A stretch of DNA of 61,329 nucleotides, filler included, from Chiloscyllium plagiosum (Eukaryota): assembly GCF_004010195.1 (NCBI RefSeq). It is 2 parts of one record of this genome, joined end to end, with 100 filler letters (N's around TTAATTAATTAA, not from the genome) between each part and the next. Parts side by side here need not be neighbours in the genome. Positions count along the whole stretch, not along the records: positions 29,682 to 61,329 come from NC_057713.1; 1 more part is not named here. One strand, 5' to 3'. The notes under the pieces were generated by a model, which was not told the origin of the DNA, did no database searches, and saw only the letters and a list, made by a program, of their open reading frames with translations. Each line of letters starts with the position of its first letter. Position 1 is the first letter of the stretch. Below, piece after piece: positions 50,985 to 61,329 of the stretch. A program made the translations under genes and the position numbers.

Positions 50985-51647
50985 GGTAGATAGGATAGTG
51001 AAGAAGATGTTTGGTCTGCCTTCCTTTATTGGTCAGAGTATTGAGTGCAGGAGTTGGGAGGTCATGTTGTGGCTGTACAGGACATTGGTTAGGCCACTGT
51101 TGGAATATTGCATTCAATTCTAGTCTCCTTGCTATCGGAAAGATGTTGTGAAACTTGAAAGGGTTCAGAAAAGATTTACAAGGATGTTGCCAGGGTTGGA
51201 GGATTTGAGATATAGGGAGAGGCTGAACAGGCTGGGGCTGTTTTCCCTGGAACGTCAGAAGCTGAGGGGGACCTTATAGAGGTTTACAAAATCATGAGGG
51301 GCATGGACAGAATAAATTGACAAAGTCTTTTTCCTGGGGTCGGGGAGTTCAGAACTAGAGGGCATAGGTTTAGGGTGAAAGGGGAAAGATATGAAAGAGA
51401 CCTTAGTGGCAACTTTTTCACGCAGAGGATGGTACATGTATGGAATGAGCTGCCAGAGGATGTGGTGGAGGCTAGTACAATTGCAACATTTAAAAGGCAT
51501 TTGGAGGTTTGGATGAATAGGAAGGGTTTGCAGAGATATGGGCCAGGTGCTGGCAGGTGGGACTAGATTGAGTTGGGATATCTGGTCGGCATGGACGGGT
51601 TGAACCAAAGGGTCTGTTTCCCTGTTGTACATCTCTATGACTCTATA
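50985..51647 (+). mobile_element. CR1 (HER1-like) 3' fragment, young
   Basis: Highly similar to 10610-11286. Confidence 0.9.
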
Positions 51648-51859
51648 ACTGACATATCCATCATGCTTTGGTTGTTATGTTACATATAGAATACAATTTG
51701 AATCAATATACTTAGGATATAATCGTAAGGCTTTAACAATGCTATCATAAAATAAATACAGTTCCACACAGGGGTCCTCATGTCCATGGAATTAATTTTG
51801 TTATCTGGAACATCATCTTAAGTGCACTGGCAGAATTCCTCAATTGTATAAATGAAAGA

Positions 51860-52380
51860 CTCACGATGGTGCATGTTTAGCTTGACTGTAACCAATATGT
51901 GACCATCATTAGTGCTTAAGCCCAATCCTTGACTCCAGTGAAGATATTAAGGGAAAGGTCTTTTTTGATCTTGACAAAGTCATTTTCACTGCCATCTCGA
52001 AAAGCAGAGATCATACTTTTGGGAGACTTAAATGAAAGAGCTGGTTGTGACTCCAATGTCTGTAGCGGAATCATTTGGGAAAATCGATTTGGGAAAAATC
52101 AATGCAAATGGTGTCCTCCTGCTCACACTACGTCCTCAGTAAGGTCTCATTTTAACAAGAACAGACTTTTGCCAAAAAGATAAATTGAAAACTCACATGG
52201 AGCGTCCTAGATTAAAGTACCAACATCTCCTGGGTTACGTCTCTGTTCAGGTCAATGATCTAAGTAATGTTTATATCACTGAATCCATGAGGGACTGGTG
52301 TTTGCTGATCATTGACTCATTTGATTGATGATTAACTTCCATGCAGCTCCAAGACATCACAAGGTATAAATGTCCAAGAA
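51860..52380 (+). mobile_element. RTE-clade LINE endonuclease remnant
   Basis: IILLGDLNERAG, NANGVLLLTL and QKDKLKT... motifs of an AP endonuclease. Confidence 0.6.
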
Positions 52381-53184
52381 AGAAGATTAATACCTCTCCT
52401 CTTCCTCCTAATGAATCTGCCATTACAATAAGAATTAGAAATAGGATATTTGGCAGATTCTGCCATTGGTTGGCAGCGTTCCTGTGCAGCTGTTTTGAAG
52501 TATTAATGATATTCCATACCAGATCTGACATCCATAGGAAGTGAGACCATTTATTTAAGAAATTTTACATCAGGAGTTCTCCCTGGGCAATACGTTTGAT
52601 TTTAAAAATGTTTGTTGCTACATTCTGCATCTTGCCTGTTTTAGGTCTTGTTTCATTTGTTAAATTTTATTGCAGTGAATTGAATTGTATGGTCTGTCCC
52701 CCCACTGCCAGGGGTCTAGATCAAGGGAATTGTAAAATTTCTCAGGTGGCCAATCAAACTCGCACCCACCAGCCCCCAAACTCTTCGCAATTTTATCCAT
52801 GATGGTGAGACCCGAGGCGGTCTTCCCATCAGTTCCCAAATTGATGATCTTATTGACCATTCAAGGATCCCTTCCCACTCAGTTTCAATTCGAGGCAGGC
52901 AGCAGCTGCTCAGGAGGTAGAGGTAGGAGCTGAGGGAAGGATGGCAGCTCACCAAAACTGGTGTTCAAACATGAAGAGAGGGCATTGCCCTGAACTGTCC
53001 CCTTTTCATGATCTACTACTTGTGGGTGCTGCCTGCTCTCACCCCAACTTTGTCCATCCCATCTAGATCACTGCTGTGCCTCCCATCCCCACCTCCCAAT
53101 TATCTGGTGCTGTTTTCTAGGTCTTTGATTCTCAGGGCTGCCTGTAGTAACAATCCTGATCTACACAGACCCTCTGAAGATTAC

Positions 53185-53382
53185 CATGGCTAGTCCACCC
53201 AGCCATCACATCCCTGGACACTACAGGGTAATTTATCATGGTCAATCCACCTAACCTGCACATCTTTGGACTGTGGGAGGTAACCAGAGCACCTGACAGA
53301 AACCCACACAGACAGTCACCCAAGGCTGGAATCGAACCTGGGTCCTTGGGATTGTGAGGCAGTAGTGCTAACCATTGTGGCT
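53185..53382 (-). mobile_element. HE1-type V-SINE, internally deleted
   Basis: cacatctttggactgtgggagg ... gtgaggcagtagtgctaacca. Confidence 0.75.
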
Positions 53383-54381
53383 GAGCATGTTGCTGATTGA
53401 TAGAATTGGTGTTGATTGAGAGTAGACTGATGGAACGGTAATTGACTAGATTGGATTTTGATTTTTGCGAACAGGACATACTTGATGATACATTGTTGGG
53501 TAGATGCTGGTGTTGTAGCTTTACTGATACAGTTTGGCTAGTGGCATAGTATATTCTGAAGTGTAAATCTTCAGTAATATGATAGGTACGTTGTCAAGGC
53601 CCATAGCCTTTGCAGTATCCAATGCCTGCAACTGTTCCTTGCACTTAACTTTGTTACGATTGCACCTGAAGGTATCATTGGATTTAATAAATCACAGAAT
53701 GAAATCTGTCTTGACAGATCATTTATTTAGATGGTTTGCAAAGGTTCTTCAGAATTACAGAAAAAGGACACATGTTTAAAATTGAGATGCAAAGGAATTG
53801 CCTAGAGGGTAGTGAATGTCTGGAATTCTCTAGTCTAGAATTTGAGGCAGCTGAAAACATTTAAAGAAAGTAAACATACAAACCATGCAATACATGTATG
53901 TATAAAGCAGTTAGAAATAAATTAGAACAAGTATTTCAACAAACTTATTTCAACCTGTTTCCCAAGACTGTCCATTACAGAAGCACAAGTCCAGAGAAAT
54001 CATACTTTTATCTCAAATCTGTATCTTTCTGCTTAACTGAATCTTTTGTATTTCTTTCTCTTGAACTATTGAAAGAATTTTATGATTCCTCTCTGAGTCT
54101 GATGGTATGAGCCTTTCATGAGTCTGATGACCTAACTTTTTAAATTTTAACACTTGAAGATTTCTGTCCAAAACTCTCTGGCTTGGGAAACTTCACAAAC
54201 TAGAGTAAACACTGCTGCTGCAGTGATTGGTTTCCTTCGAACTGAGCTGACCTGAATCAAACCTGCTAGGAAAAAATCTAAAACTTTGCATCTGAACACA
54301 ACTATTCGTTTTCCTCAATGACAGCACTAATATTTCTGAATTAAATGAAACCAAAACAAATGGCTTAATACAATTAAACTT

Positions 54382-55728
54382 CATTGTGGGCAAATTATTG
54401 AAGAGGATTCTGAGAGACAGAGTTTATGGTTTCTTGGAAAATCATAGTTTGATTGGACATAGTCAGCATGACTTTGTGAGGAGCAGGTCATGCCTCACAA
54501 TCCTTACTGAATTCTTTGAGGATGTGACAAAACACATTGATGAAGGTAGAGCAGTGCATGTGGTGTACATGAATTTTAGCAAGGTGTTTGATAAGGTTCC
54601 CCCATGGTAGGCTCATTCAGAAAGTAAGGAGGCATGGGATACAGAGATATTTGGCTGTCTGAATACAGAATTCCTGGCCCATAGAACTCCGAGGGTGGTG
54701 GTAGATGGAAAGTATTCAGCCTAGAGCTTGGTGACTAGTGGTGTTCTGCAGGGATCTGTTCTGGGATCTCTGCTCTTTGTGATTTTTATAAATGACTTGG
54801 ATGAGGGAATGGAAGGGTGTGTTAGTAAGTTTGCATGATGCAAAGGTTGGTGGAGTAGTGGATAGTGTGGAGGGCTGTTGCATGTTGCAACGGGACATTG
54901 ACAGGATGCAAAACTGGGCTGATAAGTTGCAGATGGAGTTCAACCAGGAAAAGTGTGAAGTAATTCATTTTGGAAGATCGAATTTGAATACAGAATACAT
55001 GGTTAAAGGCAGGATTCTTGGCAGTGTGGAGGAACAGAGGGATTTTGGGGTTCATGTCCACAGATCACTCTAAGTTGCCACCCAAGTTGATGGGGTTGTT
55101 AAGAAGGCATATGGTGTGTTGGCTTTCATTAGCAAGGGAATTGAGTTTAAGAGCTGCAAGGTTATGCTGCAGCTCTATAGATCCCTGGTTAGACCACACT
55201 TGGAATATTGTTTCCAGTTCTGGTTGCCTCATTATAGGAAGCATGTGGAAGCTTTAGAGAGAGTGCAGAGGAGATTTACCAGGATGCTGCCTGGACTGGA
55301 GGGCATGTCTTAAGAAGAAATGTTGAGGGAGGTAGGGCTTTTCGTATCGGAGTGAAGAGGATGAGAGGTGACTTGATAGAGGTGAACAAGATGATGAGAG
55401 GCATAGATAGAGTGAATAGTCGAGACTTTTTCCCAGGGCAGAAATGGCTATCACGAGGGGGCATAATTTTAAGGTGATTGAAGGAAGGTTTAGGGGAGAT
55501 GTCACAGGTCGGTTCTTTCAACACATAGCGACAGGTGCGTGGAATGCACTGCCAGTGGTGTTAGTAGAGTCAGATACATTAGAAACATTTAAGCGACTCT
55601 TAGATGGGCACATGGATGATAGAAAAATGAAGTTTGATCTTAGAGTAGGATAAAAGGTTGGCATAACATCAAGGGCCAAAGGGCCGGTATTGTGCTGTAC
55701 TATGATCTATGTTCTCTGTTCTGTGTTC
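54382..55728 (+). mobile_element. CR1 LINE RT fragment (same subfamily as 21799-23875)
   Basis: QHDFVRSRSCLTIL, NFSKVFDKVP, LVRPHLEYC, ALERVQRRFTRM, tail (tgttctc)n. Confidence 0.92.
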
Positions 55729-58700
55729 ATGCCATAAATCCAAGGTTGAAGTATCTTAATCCATCAGTCCAGGAGTACCCACAAGCCCTTAAACAAAGTC
55801 ACATGTCTTTGTGAGACTGGTGCATTTTAGATCACTGTTCCAGCATGACCTTTCGACCTTTTTAAAACATAAACTTCCACAGCTCTAACCCACATTCCAG
55901 GTGCCTCTCTTTTTAAAACAATCCAAATTCCAAAAATGATAATAATATATCTTACACACTTTCGATCATACCTCACAGACTTACCTTTTGTCAGTAGCTG
56001 CTAAAGTGGCCATGGAACAATTAAACTACGGAATATGTTCCACACTGACCTGCTCCACTATGGCTGTGATCATTCCTGAAGTGCGCTCTGCTGTTTCATA
56101 ACAAGAGGATCCTGACCAGGAAATTTCATGGCAGAACTAGTCAAAATGTAAATGTGTATTTTTTTTTGTCTGCTCATCATTGGAAAATCTGGGATATTAG
56201 GAGCAAGTACTCACAGCCTTCAACTTGCTTTGACTGAAGTGTTCCCCTGTCTTTAACCTGGTTGGGAAGTAGTGAGGGTCATGAAACAAACAAGGCTCAA
56301 GGCAGTGATTTAGAAAGCAAGCTGCCTGCTGCAGATCTTTCAAAGGAGATAGGAGAGCTGTAGCAAGGGAACATTATGCTATGGGTGGAGAGCAATTGGA
56401 AAAACATTAAAGGAAAGGCAGAAGTTATCAGGGAAGGTTTTGTCAAAGGGTTCATATGAAGAGCAATCATAGAAAATTCCATTGTCTGCCATGTCTTAAA
56501 GACTTGAAATGCATCCCATATGAACACATTAAACATTCGTGTATGATTTTGCACAGCTTGATTTTATGCGTTTAAAGATATTTACCTCAATTACTATATT
56601 ATAAAGTCTATATCAAGGTGATCAGCTTACTAATGATTGGCAGATGGAGCTTTTTCTTCTAAAATTCAATCCAGAATAATTGAATACATGGAGCACTGTA
56701 GGTTTAAGTTGAAATGTAACCTGCATATAGTTCATAGATGACTAAAATGTGCAATTAATTTAAATCCACACAATTCTATGTAATCCTGATTCCCAGAAGT
56801 GAAGTCACTCCTTTCATTACACTATCCATGCTTCTCTCTCCAAAATGACTTACAGCTGTGTTACATTTCTCTTTTCAGAATAGTCTTATGGTCACTTATT
56901 TAGGCCACCTGGGTTGCCATGACATCTTTCTCCCCTGCTGCGAATTATGGTTAAAAGATGTTAGCAAGGACACTGAGTTCCTGTGTAAATTGCACTATTT
57001 GTTGTTGAAGTCCTGAGACTGTTGCCATGGGGATGGTTGAGATTTCGATTCTTTTGTTTTACTTTCCAGATTTTCCCCCTTCTCGGTCCTCCTTCCCTGT
57101 AGCTGGCTGCTACTGGGTTTAAGTTTGAAACAAGCAGGTTCCCTCCTGTAATTCAGTCAAATAACCATTACTCTTGCGACTGTGAGCAGCATCATCCTCT
57201 GGAGACACATCCTCACTACAGATACTCTTCATATTTTCACCCAATTGCAAGGGCTCCCAATAAAACTGAATAGCAATCATGCAGTGAAACCCAGGTTCAT
57301 TTTTTTTTCCAGTGACTAGCCTAAAGTGCCCATGTCAGGCTATTCCTTAGTTTTCATCAGAAATGAATAAATAATGGGTTGGGGGAGGTGTGTAAAAGAA
57401 CTGTTGGCAATCATTCTAAGAACAAACTGTGTGAAGTAAGAAAAATACTCAGAACTGTCACAGTTTGAGGTCTGTATTTTTACTTCCCTCTAGAAGCAGG
57501 AATGAGGGGAGTTAGATAATGATAATATTGATGCAAGTCAGTGTGCTGGTTTCCCATTGTTGGTACATTTCATCCACCCAGATTTGAAGAGGGGGCTTAT
57601 CCTGCTGCAGAAACTCATTTGACCCACTTGTGAGCGTAATGAAAATTATTAAAGGAATTCAGTCACTGCCATGGAGTCAGTGGAACCATTGGCATGTCAT
57701 TTTGTTGTAGTGCAGTTGCCCTTTTCTTAGTAAATAAATAAAACAACATACTTACAACTTTTTAAAACAATCCCAGTAGTGTCTGAGAGCAGTCCTATGG
57801 TCCAGTAGAACTAATGGTGGCTTTACCTTTAGTGTCTAAAAGTATTCCTCACAACCTCCCAATTATACAGGGATGCGACACCTGGAGATGACATCACCAT
57901 ATGGTGGTGATACCATAAGGTAATGCTACCCTGTGAAATGCCTTGTCAATGTAAAAGATTTGAACTGAGCATTTCATTCAGACAAAGCAAGAAAACAGTG
58001 ACCTGATTAAGTAACTCTTCTGAATGAATGGACACAAGCTCTCCAGAGGAATTCCAGAAAATTCAGACCAGTAAGAGATTCTCTGGAAATATTTAATTTT
58101 GTTTGTGATTTGAGTTATTTTGAAGGCACAATGACTTATAAAGGAGGATTTAAATTAAAATCTATCACAGTACCACATGCAAAGCAAGAATTAAATGTTA
58201 TTAAAAACAAGAATTCCTGCTCGAAATAAATTCTTTATCATGTTGGTGATGTTGCTTTTAACTTAAAAGTACTATCAACTAATCAATGACTGACACTTAA
58301 GTCCACTTTAATTTAATGGTAGGCATCCTGTATGTTACACATGTCAAACTTCATTATCTTTATAATCCAGTCTTTCAAGTTCAGATGATGGCTATAAACC
58401 TCTCAAGGTTTATGTGTTAGAATCTCTCTGCCTCTGGCTTCTAATGCTGTGTAATTACAACCAAAAAGCTTTTGTCCTCAGTTCTCATGTGAGTTACTAT
58501 CATTTGTCACTGAACCTTCCACTGGTCTGTGTTGTAATGACAGTAACAAATTCCTTTTGCTTAACTTCTCATTGACCCAGTTGTCCCCTGCAGCCTGCTA
58601 GGCTCGTTTTACTGCAGTCCCCCTCAAATTTACCCCATGCTAAGGTTAACATGCACCTGCATTCATTTTAAAATGCTTACTCAGCTGTTTTAACAGTCAT

Positions 58701-59469
58701 TAATGTATTTATTTCTCATTTCTATTGAATTAGTAGAATTAGGGAATTAATTATCTTTAAACGGCTGACTTTGTAGCACCATGTTCTTATCTAATTTTAA
58801 ATTGTATTGACAAGACAAAGCAGTGAGTCTGATCAAATTAAATGCTTTATTTACTAAAGTAGAATAGAAAGAACAACTTGCATAGCATGTTTGAGCTGAG
58901 GTTTGGACTGGCTCTGTTGCTATTCCACTGGCTAGTCTATTATGATAGCATTTTGGTTAGTTTGTATTCAGTTTATGCAATTTATTTTGTTAATATATCT
59001 TTCTATAAATAGCCTTGTCGTCACAGGAAGTGATGCAATGTCATGAGCAGCAACCAACGTAGTTGGTTTGGAACAGTCAGTAGCACATGTAGAAGAAGCC
59101 TCCAATAAAGTTCTGTTTCCAACCTCAAGACTTGCCATTCAGCTTTGTTTGTATTTCCTCACCACCTACCACAGACCTAGCCCAGCAGCTAATTCCTCGG
59201 AACTCAGTTAGATTGGCAGTAATGATTCTTGGAGTCCCCCACCTAGATTTCATTCAGTGCCCTTGCTACCCGCAACAGGGAGGAGTCATCATTGATTGTC
59301 GCCAACGACGGGGTGGAGGGGGCGCAGTGGCTGATATTCAGCAGGAGGTTTCCTTGCCTATTTTTGACCTGATACTATAAGACGTCATGCAGTCTGGAGT
59401 AAATGTTGAAGACAGCCAGGGTCCTCTGTCCTGCCAGTGGGACAGGACATACATACATATTAAAGGATT

Positions 59470-59800
59470 GGACACTCTGGAGGCAGGAAGCATGTTTTGC
59501 TGATGGTGAGTCCAGAACCAGAGGACACCGTTTAAAAATAAAAGGTAGGTCATTTAGAACACAGTTGAGGAGAAACTTCTTCACCCAGAAGTGGTGGATG
59601 TATGGAATGCTATGCCCAGAAGGTAGTGAGGGCCAAGTCTCTGGATACTTTCAAGAAAGAGATGGATAGAGCTCTTAAAGATAATGGAATCAAGGGTTAT
59701 GCGGTTAAGGCAGGAACAGAATACTGAGTGTGGATGATCAGCCATGATCATAATGAATGGTTGTGCTGGCCTACTCCTGCACCTATTCTCTATTGTCTAC
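59470..59800 (+). mobile_element. CR1 3' fragment
   Basis: SRTRGHRLK...RRNFFTQK and tail ggcctactcctgcacctatt. Confidence 0.8.
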
Positions 59801-60349
59801 ACAAGGATGGTGATAGTGATGTCTACGATATTGCTATTTGGCGTGATTCTGTGAATGTAACTATGTCTGGCTGTTGCTTGACTCAACTGTACAGCAACTG
59901 TTCCAATTTAGCACAAACCACCAGAGGAAGACACTGCAGGATCAACATGCCATTATTATTTCCGGTGTTTAGGTTGATGTCAGGAGGTCCATCTGCTTTG
60001 ATTTCTTTTTGACACTGTCAAAATTTAATACCATTGAGTTGCTTGCCAGGATTTTGCAGACTGCAGTTAAGAGTCAATCACATTGCTGTGAGTCAGGAGT
60101 CACATGTTGGTGAGACCAGGAGAGGACGGTCAATTTCCTTCACTAAATAATGTTAATGAACCAGATGGGTTTTTACAACAATAACTTTATGGTCACCATA
60201 TCACCATCACATAGAGTAGAATTTTGTCCGTTGGAAATTTATTAATTTAGTTTAAGTTCTACCAGCTACCTTATTGAGGTTTGAACCCATGTCTCACCTA
60301 AGCTTAGGGTCTCCAGATTACTAGTCCACTGAATCATGAATATGCCACC

Positions 60350-60640
60350 AACGTTCACCATGCAAGCAGTTTTGGGCCTCATATTTAAGGATGATTATGC
60401 TGACCTTGGAAGAGGTGTAGGGGTTGTAGGAATTGTCATATGAGGTGTGGTTGAGGACCTGAAAGTTGACGGGACAGAACACCGAAAGAGTGGATGTAGA
60501 GATGTTTTCACGAGTAGGAAAGACTAGGATCCGAGGGCACATGCCTCTCAGAATAAAGGGATGATGCTTTAGAACTGAGGTGAGATTTTCTTCAGGCAGA
60601 AGATGGTTAATCTGAGGAAGTCATTGCTGCAGAAGTGAAG
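60350..60640 (+). mobile_element. Decayed CR1 3' fragment
   Basis: agttttgggcctcatatttaagg, gactaggatccgagggcac. Confidence 0.55.
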
Positions 60641-61054
60641 TTTTGTGTCCAGTTTGAGTGAACAGTCAGGAATGAATTGAAACAGAAAAGTTCCTAACAG
60701 AAGATGTATAGTTTTGGTTGTAGTATTATGGAGCTGAAGAGCTTCCTACTATCAGAGAGATTGTTAGATTGTCAGATTGTCAGATTGCACAGTACTGTAG
60801 TGAAGGGTAGTAGTGCAGAAATACAGCACTGTGTCTTTGTATCCATATAGATGTAGACCTAGTGCTAATGATGTACTATGGCATAGATTCCAGACCAGTT
60901 AGGCCTGTACATTTAAGACAGGTTCCATGATATCATGGTATAAATATCATAACAAAACTTTTCAGATGAAGGAAGATCAACTTAATGGTCAAGTAAATTT
61001 TGAATACACAGGCTTGAGTTCATGTCATACTGGCAGCGGCCAAAATTGACCAAA

Positions 61055-61329
61055 AAATGTATTGTTGGAAAATCTCAACAGGTCTGACAGCATCTGTGGA
61101 GAGAAATCAGAGCTAGTGTTTTGCATTCAGTGACCCTTCTTCAGTGACCTTTACACCGCTGAGGCCAAACACCAGCTCGCAGATACCTCCTCCTACTGCC
61201 CCCTTGACCATGACCTCACCCCCCACCACCAAACCATCATCTCCCAGACCATCCATAACCTCATCATCTCGGGGGATCTCCCATCCACTGCCTCCAACCT
61301 CATAGTCCCACAAACCCGCACCGCCCGTT
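61055..61329 (+). mobile_element. 5'-truncated Penelope-like element with an inverted terminal repeat at its 5' junction
   Basis: 61055-61144 is an inverted pLTR piece ending cccttcttcag. It is fused to DLYTAEAKHQLADTSSYCPLDHD...SNLIVPQTRTAR, homologous to 29365-29545. Confidence 0.85.

Noticed and set aside
56860..57125. Two strong-looking splice acceptors
   Set aside because: Joined to the phase-2 exon they give short unrelated peptides ending in stops, and there is no evidence they are used.

Overview
Eukaryotic, repeat-rich genomic DNA, most likely from a shark (HE1-type V-SINEs, HER1/CR1 LINEs and SacSINE1-like DeuSINEs are present). The + strand carries four internal coding exons of a corticotropin-releasing hormone receptor type 2 gene (crhr2; 154, 61, 73 and 86 nt, all GT-AG, splicing in frame). 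I found no next exon in the remaining ~35.8 kb, which includes an artificial 100-nt scaffold spacer. The rest is intron filled with CR1, L2-like and RTE LINE fragments, several SINE families, Penelope-like element (PLE) remnants, a decayed Gypsy-type LTR element and minisatellites. Two observations stand out. (1) A family of short fold-back PLE-derived insertions with 14-16 bp target-site duplications, some carrying minimal hammerhead ribozyme cores. (2) A decayed tandem duplicate of the 61-nt crhr2 exon about 600 bp upstream of the real one. Repeat boundaries were read by eye and are approximate. Family names come from recognition, not from a database search.
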